DNA from: Eledone cirrhosa
Lineage: Eukaryota
Reading direction: 5' to 3'
NCBI GenBank assembly: GCA_964016885.1
Contig: OZ024740.1
Span: 117,986,001 to 118,050,000 of the forward strand
Length of the DNA stretch: 64,000 nucleotides
Part shown: piece after piece, positions 30,301 to 44,289 of the stretch
Layout of the letters: each line of letters starts with the position of its first letter
Numbering within the stretch: the stretch's first letter is position 1
The notes under the pieces: generated by a model
The model's database searches: none
Told to the model about the DNA's origin: nothing
The model's input: only the letters and a program-made list of their open reading frames with translations
Position numbers and translations under genes: made by a program

Positions 30301-30744
30301 TGCATCTAAGATCCCGTTCCAGTCGCCCACTAACACTAAAGAGCGGGACGTTCCAAGAAAGGTCTCCAGACGCCGGAAGAAATCAGGCCGCCCTCCTCCT
30401 GTCGGGGCATAGACGGCCACTAACCTGAAAGCTTGCCCTTCTCCGCTGGTCACGTCCAGCACCACCAACTTACCTTCTGGGCCCAGGAAGATGGCCCGTA
30501 TGGCAAGATCCAAACCTCTGCGAAAAAGCACAGCAACTCCTGCTCCCGATCCCGGATGGCTGGGAGATGCGTACACATCGTAGTCGCCGAAGATCGGTGC
30601 GAAGGCCCGTGCTTCGGAGATTCTGGTCTCGCTGATGGCCACAACATCTACGTTTAGTGACCTGAGGTCGTTGAGCAGGTGGCCCTGCTTCCATGACGAC
30701 CCGAAGCCACGCGCATTTATGCTGCCTATTCTGAGTGAGGTCAT
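27327..30744 (-). CDS. Tx1 ORF2: AP endonuclease, reverse transcriptase, C-terminal Cys/His finger (two frameshifts)
   Basis: SINARG, GDWN, SYTDHK (APE); LDQSKAFDRV, RQGCPLS, AYADD (RT); CPRCAQGDETVLHALVQC. Confidence 0.92.
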
Positions 30745-30778
30745 GTTGAAAAGGAGTGGAAAAGATGGGAAAGACCAC

Positions 30779-32763
30779 TTACCTTACATCTCGTAGAGGA
30801 AGGACGGTTTTTCCATCCTTTTCACTGCTTGTGGCCTCCTCAGGAAGGATGTCCTTATAAATCCTCCTGGAGAGTGCTTGTCGGAAGTCTCCGATGTCTT
30901 TGGGGAATATTTGTTTTAGTGTCATGTACGTTTTCTGTGTGATGCGAGTGATTTGTATGTGTGGAGTTGGTGTAAATTTTTGGGTTGTTGTGTAGTCTTT
31001 GTCCGTGATGCTGGTGTTGTGTTGGATGTAGTGTAATAATTGATTGTTGTTCAAATTTAATGCTGTGTAGTGTGTATCGTTTTGGTTGTTTTGTTTTGTT
31101 TGCGTTTGTTGTGGGTTTGTTTCTGTTTCGAATTTTGGTGACTTTTGTGTTGTAGGTGATGGTGGTGTTGGGGTTAATGATGGTGATGGTGTTGGTGTTT
31201 GGGTTGATGGGGTTGGTGATGCTGGTGTGGATGGTGGCATATCTGTCCTAACTTTTTTGTTTGTTAATTTATTTGTTTCCCTCTGTATTTTGTTTTTGGA
31301 GGGGGAAGGAAGAGAATTTTTTCTTTTTTGGTTTCTTCTTTTTTTACCTGATACCTTTTCCCACTCCTCGTCGTCACAATATGTCTCCAGTTGTGATAAG
31401 CCGGGGAGTGGACAATCCTCCACAGGCGTTAGTTTTGGTTGTGGCGTGGTGGATGGTGTAGGTGCTGGTGCTAGTTCTGAAACGTTGGGTGGTGGTGGTG
31501 TTGGTTTTGCTGGTGGTGGTGGTGTTGGTTTTGCTACTGCTGCTGGGGTTGTTGCTGTTATAGTTGCTTCTGTTGTTGCTGCTACAGTTGTTGCTGCCAT
31601 CTCTGCTACTGGTGGTGTTGATGGTTGTGTCACTGGGGTGGGTAGGAGAGGTGGCCTCAACCTTTTAGCCTGAGGGCAGAAAGCCATTAGGTGGGTTCCT
31701 TCACCACAAACGGCACACCTAGGCCTTCTGCCCTCGACAATTACGGTGAGGTGGCTGCCGTCAGTGATGTCTATTACCTCTGGGAACTCCTCAATGCTTT
31801 TTTGGTCCACTTGGATCAGGAGCTCCATCCCAGATCCGGACCAGTTCTCCTGCTTTTCTTTTGCTATTGCTATTATCTTTGTGTTGGCTTCGATGCCGTC
31901 GAGGACGGCCGCTATTAGCCAGGGAATTTCGATGGCCGGTGGAACGTGGGTCACCCTGATCTTTACGAGTCTCTGGCCACAATAGCTTGGGACGAGTGTG
32001 AAGTCGTCACTTCTTAATGGGACCATGGAGTGTTCTTTAGCCTCCTCTGGTGTTTCAAAGAACACGTCCACGGTTCCATACTTCTGCCCACGTCTTGCCC
32101 ACACATGTCCCAAAGCCTTTTGGATTTGGGACTCGGATGCCCGTTCCACTCGGCGCGATTTTACATTAATTGTTCGATACGACACGGTGCATAGGCGTCG
32201 ATGCTCCATTTTATTAGGTGTGTGTGTGTGTGGGGGGGGCTGACCCTGTACCCATCTTTCTTTACCATTTTTTTGGCATTTTCTAATTCCTCCTGAGTTA
32301 CCGTAAATGCTTCGCACTGTTTTGCTACTCTGGCAAAACTCAAGGTGGTTATTTTAATGTCATTTTTGCTGTTGTTGTTATCGTTATTTTTGTTATTATT
32401 AATTTTAGTTTCAGTTGTGGTGGTGGTGACGTCAGTGGTGTTCGGTGTGGAAGAGTCCATTTTGGATGAAAACATTTCGACATCACGAGTTGATTTATTT
32501 TTTCCTTTTGTTTCTGTTGTCGCGGTGGTGGTGGGGGTGATGGTTGTCGCGGTGGTGGTGGTGGTGGTGGCGGCTTTAACACCTGCAGTCATTGGTAATG
32601 GCGGGAAATGAATGTCTGCCGGAGACAAATTTAAAATATTGCTACTGCTTATATTTTTTTTAGTGTTGGCAAACGTAGTAACATTTACAATGGTGGTGTC
32701 GGTGTGAGGTGTTAGTTTGTGAGGAAGGTTATCAGCTGCTTGGTGCAGAGGTGAATTAGCCAT
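30779..32763 (-). CDS. Tx1 ORF1, nucleic-acid-binding (RRM-like plus CCHC zinc knuckle), one frameshift near a G run
   Basis: RGQKYGTVDVFFETPEEA; CAVCGEGTHLMAFC (CX2CX4HX4C); Pro/Thr-rich linker. Track ORFs 32161-32763 and 30779-32317 overlap at the shift. Confidence 0.8.
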
Positions 32764-33044
32764 TATTTTTCAAAGAAATTTTTTGATAATCATAAAAGTT
32801 TAAATTTTGGGCACAAGGCCCCAATCTTTTTGGGTGTCCTTTTCGGAAAACAATGTATGTGCGCTTATATATAGTTAACAATAAAAATTTTCCATAAATG
32901 GCAATTTTTAACAAACGGAAATAACAAACCTTTGCGGAGCTCACCATGATACGATTTACTACGTAGGTCACCAATAATGATACGATTTACTACGTAGGTC
33001 GCCAATAATAATAATATTAATAATAATAATAATAATAATAATAA

Positions 33045-33228
33045 TTATTTCTACTTTTGACACAAGGCCAGCAATTACCAGTGTATTACTGGTACTTTAT
33101 TTTATCGACCCGTAAGGATGAAAGCCAAAGTTAACCTTGGCGGGATTTGAACTCAGAATGGCAAGGGCCGTAACTCTATGCATCAAAGCATGGCGTCCGA
33201 CTCTCTACCGATACTGCCAATCCCCCGC

Positions 33229-33229
<1 letters not shown>
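33045..33229 (-). mobile_element. tRNA-derived SINE embedded in (AAT)n between two Tx1 copies
   Basis: Same family as 16403 and 37484. Confidence 0.9.
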
Positions 33230-33288
<59 letters not shown>

Positions 33289-34972
33289 TTTCTTTATTAA
33301 CCACAAGGGTTTACATAAAGTAGACATTAAGGAGAGTGCAGGACAATACAGGACGGTACAAATGGGCATTTCTGCGTTTAAAAAACAAAAACAGAGGATG
33401 TAACAAAAAATAACAATGAAAAATTCCCCAATAGGGGGGAGACTTCGAAGGGACATTTGTGGAGAAAGCCCAGTAAAAGGCCACAGTGACCCTGACCACC
33501 AAGGCAAGTGCCCTCTCCCAGTTTTCCACCTTTAATTTACAGATAAGTACTCAGAGTAGGCCCATTCACTCGGGCCATTCTTGCTTCTCTCACCCATCTT
33601 TCAACAAAATGCTGGGAAGAGAGCACTTCCCTCTCTACTCTGATTTTCCTTTTCAAATGAAATTTTAAAAAGTCAATCAGGGCATAACCGAAGAAGTAAG
33701 TGCTCGTCTTCAGCCCTTTCAAACGTGTCCACCATACTATCTCTTTCGCCATGGCCACCAGACAGATAAAAACTGCCTGCCCTTCCCGGCTAAAGGAAGA
33801 GGGCGGGAAAATCCTCACGATGGACTCAGACGATAGCCGGATCCGTCCTACACGCGACAGCAGGTGTTCGACATAAACTCACAAGTCAGCAATGCTCGGA
33901 CACTGGACGAGTGCGTGCAGGACGGTTTCGTCGCCCTGTGCGCATCTCGGACATGCCCGGCTGACGGCACCTCCATGCCTGTAGAGTTTATCCCGAACTG
34001 GCAAAGCTCCTCGGTAGCACTGCCAGGCCAGAGATTTCTGGAAATTGTCCATAGGTCCTGGCCCGAAAGTTCTTCCGAAGAGATTGGCTAGTTGATTTTC
34101 GTCGACGCCTAGAGTTTTCCCAAGTACGTCGTCGCTCTTCCCCTCCACTAATCCTCTATAGAACGCCGAGGTGGAGTTTCCACCGATCACATTGCCCGAT
34201 TGGTCGAGGGCTGTGATCGCCTGAAGACATTCCAGTCTCCAGGCGCTCCCTCTCGGTCTTCGCTTGACCCAGAACTGCAGCTCCGTCAAGGAAACGAGCT
34301 GGGGAAATACGTGTCTAGCAAACGGCGACCACACCTGATCACCATCGAGGAAGAGGTGGAGATGTCGTAGCCTGAGCGCGTGTCTGCGCATCATCAGCCA
34401 CGGCATTCCCATCCCTCCACGTAGCGGGTGTTGACAGCAGATGGACCGCCTGACCATCGGAGCGCGTCCCTTCCACAAAAGCGAAAGAGCATACGCTCTA
34501 GCGCAGTCAGGCGGGGCTTAGGACAAGGTACGACGGTCAGGCGGTAGCAGATGACAGACGCGATGTACGCGTTAGCCACCTCCGCTCGACCTTTCAGGGA
34601 TAGCTTCCTCTCGGCCCATTTCTGGGTGAGAGAAGCCACCCTGCTCGTCACCTCGTCCCAGTTTTTGTCCGTCTGGATGTCCGGACCGAACCAGACCCCT
34701 AGCAATTTAACCGGTCCGTCCAGCGTCCGACAACGCTGTTGGACGGCATGGACCTGCCTCTCCAGGTGCCGAGCTGCAGGCCCACTGACGTTTCCTGGTT
34801 GATCATTGCTCCTGTCACCGCTTCGTATTCTCTTAGTGTAGTGCCGAACGCCTCAATTTGTTTGGCGTTCGACACCACTACGGTGACATCGTCCGCACAT
34901 GCTGACACGGATCTTCCGCATCCTAGTTCGCGCGGGACGCCCCTCAACGTCTCCAGTTTGTGCAGTAATGGC
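33289..34972 (-). mobile_element. Tx1 family A, 5'-truncated copy (3' part of ORF2)
   Basis: Highly similar to 27084-28765; (AAT)n at its 3' end; several frameshifts. Confidence 0.93.
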
Positions 34973-35090
34973 TCTGTGATGGACTGCCGTCCTTTCCAGG
35001 GGTGAGTCTTATACTCTCAGTCACTTCACGCTACAGAAACCGGGATATGCGCCGCCCTGAAGAGTCTCCGGGCTCGAGACAGACATTTTA
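34973..35090 (+). mobile_element. 3' part of a Deu/Nin-like SINE
   Basis: gatggactgccgtcctttccagggg..cagtcacttcacgctacagaaaccggg resembles the Deu-domain SINE core (recalled, not searched). Confidence 0.5.
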
Positions 35091-36320
35091 GACATTAACA
35101 TATGAATATGAGTGCCATGAAGGGGAAAATGATGGCAATGAAAACATATGTTGGTAATGATGCTGATGCAATGACTTCAACAGTTATGCTGTTGAAGATA
35201 ATTTTAGTTCCTATGATGGTAGTGAAGAAGACGATGATGATTATGATTAAATTTATCACTTCTAAAAATTTCAGCTGCAGTGTAACAAAATTATTCGAAT
35301 GCTAAACATTTTTTTAACCGCTTTCATGTAAATATTTACACTGATTTACCTTCTTTTAATGAAAAAGAAAAAAAAATTCATTTGTATTTTATAAATTTAC
35401 ATTTTTTATGCACGAATTTAATATGAGAAAACTGAAAAGTATTATATGAATCGACTAAATATTTTCAAATTCAATTTTAAAATTCAATTTTGTCACAGAC
35501 CTACTGGCATGCTTTTAATTTGGAGCAATCATAAATTTGTGGGAATTTTTACTCAAAATTTCGACAGGGATAAAAACAACTAAACAGATTCATATTCTGT
35601 TGTTGTTGTTTTGGAGTTGTTGTGTTGCTGTTGATTTTGTTGTTGTTTCCAGGTTGTGATTGCTGCTGTTTTTATTGTTGTTAGTAAGATGTGTCGTTAT
35701 TCTTTCAGTGTTACTATGGTAGTTGCTTTGTTTTCGTTAATGTTGTTGTGAGTGTTCTTGTTGCTGTTGACTATATTTTGGTCACCAAGTCACGAGAATG
35801 GTTGCTTTAGGGACATTTAAATAAGAAAATAAAAAAGAATATGATATATTTAATCTTTATCCTGTCTTCCATATACACATATGAATACATCCACAGGTAT
35901 ATGTACACATAAACATATTATATGCATGTATGATTTTGTATTTAGAGGGAAAGTGTACTCAATGATACAGGAGGATGTAGTTACATATTTATTTATAGTT
36001 ATTTATTATGCTGCAACTCATAAGTCCACATACCTATCGATGAAAATCTCACCCCCTCTCTCTCTCACACACACGCTCTCTCTCTCTATATATATATATG
36101 TACTACTAATAAAAAGGACGATTCGTTTTAGGTCTTCATTACGTTTATTGAGTAGTGACGCACGTTTCGCTATTGATCAGCTCAAGGTTCGATCTTGTTG
36201 AAACGGCAAGAGCTCAGCCGTTGGGGTCCTGACTCATTCATATAAACATACCCTACTACCCCACGAATCGAGTACTCTGGTAAGTAATGGTCTAAGCAAT
36301 TTCTTACTGTATCCATCTTG

Positions 36321-36382
<62 letters not shown>

Positions 36383-37483
36383 TTATGTGCATGTGTGTGT
36401 GTGCGTAGCCAGTCATTGGAGTGTCACGCAAGACATGTGACTGTATCCTTTGAGGCATTTCAATAGAGCTAAGAAATATTTGTTGGTGCCTATCTTCTCT
36501 CGAAACGTTTAGTCCCTCGCTTAATTCAGCCTGTCAGTAGAAGTAGTGGGTGAACAATGTTCAGGAGCCAAAGGAGAGAATAAAGGGAGACATATACGTA
36601 TGGATGCTGCTACCAGGCATTTTAAAGTATTCTCAATACGTGAACACCCCGAATTTGAGATAATGTTACTCTAAATCATTTAATCCTGTCTCTGTCCCTC
36701 TTTTACTCCCCTCTCTCTCTCTCTATATATATATATAAGGGCGGTGCCCTAGCATGGCCTCAGCCGGATGGCTGGAACAGGTAAATGAGGTAGGGGACAT
36801 TTTAAACACAAGCAAATTGAAATAGTATCCTGAAAGCAATATTTTGACTGTATTAATGTAATGTTTCTTGCTAATTGAAGTAGTCAATTGGCAAGGGTAT
36901 CTTTACTTCTATAAAAACGTAATACCTAAGAAATAAATAAAAGAGAAAAAATACACATTTATGCAATTGTTGGATTTGACATCATATATTAATGACTTTC
37001 AAAACAACATATCTTTAAAAAAAAAAAAAATTCCTCTGGGAACTGTGGTTAATGTTAAAATTCTTGTTTTTTTTCCTTCATAAAATTCTGATTATATTTC
37101 TTCTAATTAAGTAATGAAAACTGATTGATTAAAAGACGGCGTTAGCATAACCAATTTCATCATCGTAGGCAGTGCTATAAATCGTGCGAATGCACGCCTG
37201 ATATTCATGAACTTAAGATCTCTACCAATTTTAGAGATATTACAATGCAACTAATCTTTACTATCAACGTCTGACACAAAAATAAGAATGTAGGAATAAC
37301 TTCAATATGTCCAGGGAAAATAATTTGAGGGACATTTTGCATACGAAATGCAAATATGCAAAGATGGTTGGACGTTACATGTCTCATATCGCGGTGTGAT
37401 AAACTTCGACCAACTGATATTCTCAAAGCAATTTATAGTCAAAATGTTTCTATTGGGATGTTTATAAGCCGTAGACAAATAAT

Positions 37484-37667
37484 TGTTTCTACTTTAGGCA
37501 CAAGGCCAGCAATTACCCAGTGCATTACTGGTACTTTATTTTATCGACCCCGTAAGGATGAAAGGCAAAGTCAACCTCGGCGGGATTTGAACTCGGATCG
37601 TAAAGGGACGTAACTATGCTGGAAAGCATGACGCCCGACTCTCTACCGATACTGCCAATCCACCGCC
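37484..37667 (-). mobile_element. Full-length tRNA-derived SINE with 16-bp TSD
   Basis: gccgtagacaaataat at 37468-37483 and 37665-37680; A and B boxes intact. Confidence 0.93.
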
Positions 37668-38217
37668 GTAGACAAATAATGAACTACGTTACTTAAATTG
37701 TTGTGCATTAATGCTATAAACTGTTATAATGAAATTATTTGGAATGTTATGAAAATAAATTCTGTAGTAATAACTTTGCTTTTCACCTCTCTCAGGGATC
37801 ATTTAAATACGTATTTTGTGTTGTTGCTTATACCCAAGTCAACTACAATCGAACAGATGTATGGCCAACACGTTTACATGGTTATTTCGGAGTATATTAT
37901 CTAACGTTGTATTTTCATTTTTAAGATGATGGATAGTGGTTTCGAGGAGGGACAGTTGACAGATATTTCTAGAATTTCAAGCGATAGCATAAATAGATTC
38001 TCATTACTTCCTGATTAAATAAGTGCTCATACTACGTCTTGGATCTATTTCATTTACTATACATCATATAAACGTCACCGTGTAGAATAATTAATAAATT
38101 GGATAGCAAATTCAATGACATAGTGCGTATATATATATTTATAGGTATCTATCACACACACACAATATATATATATATATATAGATAAAAAATCTTGCTA
38201 AACAAATTCAGAGACGA

Positions 38218-39136
<919 letters not shown>

Positions 39137-39142
39137 AAATAT

Positions 39143-41489
39143 ACACGGGTGTGTATGATTGTGTATAGCAGATTATATTAATAAAAGGAATTCTAACTTT
39201 GTGTGATTTACTCGTTTTATTTACAATCCTTTAACATTTATGATGGTATTATAATGAAATGGTATGATAGAATATTAAATGTTAAGTGTTAATTGAACAA
39301 GTACTTTCATACTTTCGCAATCTTCCGGTTCATAATGTGTGGTGACAGTCAAGTTTGCAATTTTCCACTGTAATGAGATGGGTATATTTTGTACCTTATA
39401 TACAGTCAAAAGTGGCTACAGAATGCTAAATCTTGCAAACTGTATTTCGACCAATCGGTGTGTAGTTTCACTGAATTACTAAAGCTGATTGGTTTAGGCG
39501 TCACGGTTGGTTGAGCATGTCTAACGACCACTAATTGATCCTATCCAAAGCATCAATTATTTTGCTATTTTTAGAAATGATGAAAATAGCATTTTCTAGT
39601 AATCATCACTATCAACATCACTTTTATTATTATTATTATTGTTGTTGTTGTTGTTAGTGGTCGTAGTCATAGTCATAGTAGGAGTAATCTCCCATTATGA
39701 TTGTTCATTTAGCTTGGGTTTGAATTTATCAATAAAATTCTTTTCTTTGATTTTTCTCTTGATTTCACTTGGGCTGTGTAATTTGTAGAATGGGAATATT
39801 ATAAATATTCCCTGACCACATGTTGCTAGATGGTTACTTAGGGGTATCTGACGGACATTTGGGTCTCTGATTTGCTTTCGGTGTACCCGTGCACGTTCCG
39901 ATAGTGCATTTTCAGTTTGACCGACATATATTTCTTCACAATTCGGGCATTTAATGCAGTAAATTAGATTTCTGCTGTTGCAGTTCATATTTGCATTTGG
40001 GAATATTTTTCCAGTTTTTGTTTTCATATATTGACAGGCGTGTATGGATTGACATGTGCCGCATCGACTATCATTGAATTTAGATACAGTGAATGATTGG
40101 TCTTTGTTGTTAAGGTCAAACTTTGCTTTTTTTAGTAATTGCTTCAAATTTTTCGGCTGTCTTTTACTAAGAGTCAAAGATCGATCTGTGATTAAGCCTT
40201 TCAATTCATTACTTTGAGCAATGATCGGTAGGTTTGCTTTGGCAGTGTTGAAGATATTCTGGTGACATGGGTTGCGTGTCATTATAAATGGCATGACCAG
40301 TTCTTGGTTTCTTCTTCCTTGGGTTGTTCTAAGTTGTTGTATAGGTATTTTTATAGCCCGCTGAATGCCATTTTCTATAAGTAGAGATGGGTATTTTTGT
40401 TTGAGCAAACATTCTCTTAGTTCTGTTAGGCGTTTGTACCTGGTATTCGTATATTCTACAATGGTACAAATTATTCTGGCTAGGCAGTATGGGATGTTGC
40501 GTTTTGTATGAGGTGGATGGCACGATTTAAAATTCAGATATTGATGGGTGTCTGTGTGTTTATAATATATATCCGTGGTAATGGTGGTGTCGTTTTTGAT
40601 TATCATTATATCTAGGAATGGTAATTTGGTCCTACTCGTCTCTTTTGTGAATTGGAGAGATGGGTGTAGGTTATTCAGGAGGATATTGAACTCATCCAGA
40701 GTATCTAGAGATTCTGTCCAGATGATGAAACAGTCGTCAAGATATCTCTTCCAAGACTTTACAATGTACTTCCTAAAGTCAGTACTATATTTTTCCTCTA
40801 TTTCTTGGTAGAGTTGTTGTTCTAAGTATCCCATTACAGAATTCACGTAAACGGGAGCAAACTTCGTTCCCATCGCTGTGCCTCTAATTTGGATGTAATT
40901 CTTTTCATTGAAGAAGAAAGTGTTGTTTTCCAGAATAAGTTTCACTGCGTCTAATATAAATGGCGCCGTGAATCTGATGGGAATCACTTCTCTATGTTTT
41001 TCCACCCAGTATTTAACCGCCTTGTTTTGGGAAGATGGGACAGGAAGTCGATATCATCCCGGATGAAACTGGGTATGTGAATACATAGTGGTTTCAAAAT
41101 AATGTCAACAATATTGCTTAGACGGTGCGTGGGGCATGTTGGACCAGCTATAATAGGTCTAAGTTTAAAAGTCTTTTGGGTGTAGTAATTTAATGTACTC
41201 ACTGTTTTGTTCTCTTACTGCCAGTTGTATTTCTTTTGACTTATGAACTTTCGGTAGGCCATACAGGTTGCTGGGTTTCGGCTCAAAATTGGTGATGTAG
41301 TCTCTTTCCTTATCAGTAAGTGAGTTGTGGTATTTTAAAGCCAGGTTGTTGATCTTCTTCATGATGTTGTGGTCTATATTTGACGGTATTTCATGATAGA
41401 ATGTTGTGTCATTCATTTGTTCCTCAACCAAATCCTTGTAGTATTCAGCATCCATTATAACAACTGCACCCCCTTTATCTGGTTGTTTA
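39143..41489 (-). mobile_element. 5'-truncated Penelope-like element (RT plus GIY-YIG) with 3' pLTR
   Basis: [60 protein letters not shown]. Frameshifts, and RT motif A appears deleted near 41010. pLTR HHR at 39294-39332 has a CGGAAGA core. Lies between TA arrays. Confidence 0.93.
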
Positions 41490-41502
41490 AATATATATAT
41501 AT

Positions 41503-41586
<84 letters not shown>

Positions 41587-41594
41587 CCATATAC

Positions 41595-41637
<43 letters not shown>

Positions 41638-41656
41638 CATATACATATATATATAA

Positions 41657-41721
<65 letters not shown>

Positions 41722-41762
41722 CGAAACATAAGTCAATTGCATGAACTCATAATCCTTTATTT

Positions 41763-41818
41763 ACTGCTATATATATTTCGATGATAGCCATTGAATGGCT
41801 ATGACCTCATCAGGCAGT
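41763..41818 (-). ncRNA. Type I hammerhead ribozyme in a ~165 bp fragment inside (TA)n
   Basis: actgc-CTGATGA-ggtc-atagcca-ttcaa-tggctat-catc-GAAA-tatata-TA-gcagt; palindromic stem III. Confidence 0.85.
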
Positions 41819-41881
41819 TAGTCAGTTCTTATATATGCCAACTCTGTGTTTATAGTGTTGATGGCATCAGAGCCTTGGGAC

Positions 41882-42025
<144 letters not shown>

Positions 42026-42094
42026 GAAAGTGAGGTTTTTTTTCACAAAATGAAAAATAAATGAGAAAAACCACAGACCCTCCATCTCAACTCA

Positions 42095-42132
42095 CCTTTT
42101 GAAAAGCAGAAGAACTGCGAAACCGGTAAAGG
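42095..42132 (+). ncRNA. Minimal hammerhead with U3-A8 covariant core
   Basis: cctt-TTGAAAA-gcag-aagaa-ctgc-GAAA-ccgg-TA-aagg; stems I and II pair fully and stem III is the palindrome ACCGGT. Confidence 0.65.
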
Positions 42133-42691
42133 AACCAAATAAATAAATATATTTAAAAAAAAAAAATAAGACTTCAGTTGCATTTTCGATTTCATCTCTT
42201 TTTCTTTATATATATATATATATAAAGTTACAAAGGCGCTGTGTGGTTACTAATAAATATTGTTTAGAAAACGTAAGAGAAATACAAACATAAGGACAAT
42301 TCGCGCTCTTCAACCGTCTGCTGTGGGTCGCTGATGTTTCGACGCATTAAAAACAGTACATTTCACCACACTTCGAGCAAATTTTGAGCAAGAAAGATGG
42401 AAGAAAATTTACCCCATTTGATTTTAATTTTAAATCCTTAATTTTTAGATTTTAACTCCCATTAAGTCTTTTTTATTTCAATATTTAACATTTGATAAGA
42501 TGAATTTTAATAATACATCGAAACGGGTACTACTTTATATACATTATAAATTTAAAAAAAAAATGAATTGTCCCATTCATTTTTTCAATAATGTTATCTT
42601 TTGAATAATGTCACCTTTTGAATAATGACGAATCAAAAAAGAAAAAAAGACCCTTAAATATATTTTCCGTGCTATTTACAACTTCACCATT

Positions 42692-42769
<78 letters not shown>

Positions 42770-43086
42770 GGAAAATGTTTAACCCCGTCGTAACGGCTTG
42801 AGCTCTGCCGTCAGGGTTAAACATGTTCCTATTACCCACTTTAATACCCTAAGTATTGAGTACTCTGGTGCGTTATGGTCCATCTGGTTCCTTACCACAC
42901 CTCCTTCGTTATATATACATATGTATATATATGTATTGATTTATGGTTATGCAAATAGAAAAACCTTTTGTAGTTATATATATTTTTATAAACCCTAAAT
43001 AGTGGTAGGCAGTAATATACTACTACCTTATTACCAGTAAGTTAAATAGCTCAATGTAATAACATCAGATGATTTACAGAGCAACT

Positions 43087-44151
43087 TATGAATTATAAGA
43101 ATCAAAGAACTGTTCAAAACATTTTTATGCTTACAACTGTTTCCTCCAAACCGAGGTTTGGATTCTTCGGAGCAATTTATTATTTCTATTACTAACTATT
43201 AAATCTCGCTCGTCGTGTATAATATTCATTTGTGGCACTCTACGATGGAGGTTAATCACCATAATAAGAACACCTTCAGTACAACTTAATAGACTACTTT
43301 ATAGTTAAAACACTTTAAATTTTAGAAATTTTTTAGAAACTGCGCATAACCATATAAGTTAGGGACTGTTTTGAGACACAATTTAATAGTTAGTAATAGA
43401 AACCACTGAGTTACCTCCCCTCATGCATTAACTCCCCTTAGCCACACACACACTTCCGGGTAATATTTCGATGTTGATTCTCGCAACGTAACATGCTCCT
43501 GTATTGAGCTAAAGAACATCGGACTACGATTCTCTAACTGAATTGTCAAACGCCCAATATCGAATCATCGTGGATTATGTGAGGGGCATATAATCTGAAA
43601 AGTGCGCTCCCCAGATTATGAAAATGTCGCAGTGCATGAAATCCATATCATCGCTTCGCTACGCATTTCCAGTATTTTTAATGCTTACATTATTTTTAAT
43701 ACTTATATTATTTCTCCACACACAGGCTATAACAATCATATAAATAATTCATTACCAGATCAACCCTCTTAACACTCTTGATTACCTGCTTAAGTGCTTC
43801 TATTACACGTAACTCACTGCCACACTATATAAACAAGACGCCCGTGCTTGCCACACATATAACCATTGCACTCTATAACCGCTTAATTTCATGTTGTATT
43901 TTAACTTGTATTTTTGATTGTATCTTTTAATGTGAATGTAATCTCTAAATGTGTACAGCCACACTAAATGCTGTAATGAATGTTGACCCACAATATTTGC
44001 AAATGTATCTGTATGTCTCTTGGGTGAAAAGGGGGTCATATAAGTGTTCATTCAATAATAAATTGCTCCGAAGAACCCAAACCTCGGTTTGGAGGAAACA
44101 GTTGTAAGCATAAAAATGTTTTGAACAGTTCTTTGATTCTTATAATTCATA
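43087..44151. mobile_element. Non-coding element with 98-bp inverted termini, each containing an HHR-like fold
   Basis: 43087-43184 is the reverse complement of 44054-44151; tgct-CCGAAGA-a-tccaaac-ctcg-gtttgga-g-GAAA-cagttg-TA-agca. Confidence 0.75.
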
Positions 44152-44289
44152 TATATATATATATATGTATTGTATATATATATATGTATATATATATATG
44201 TATATATATACATATACACTCATTTACAGATGCACACAGACGCGCACACACTTATATATATATATATATATATGGGTATGTGTGTATAT

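Larger units (their letters stand above)
27084..33003 (-). mobile_element. Full-length, near-intact Tx1/L1-clade LINE, family A (~5.9 kb)
   Basis: ORF1, ORF2 and 3' UTR ending in AATAAA; (AAT)n on both sides; apparently three frameshifts (~32235, ~28381, ~27412). Confidence 0.95.

Noticed and set aside
35055-35085. CTGAAGA..GAGA as a hammerhead
   Set aside because: No GAAA, stem III or stem I; it is part of a SINE 3' region.
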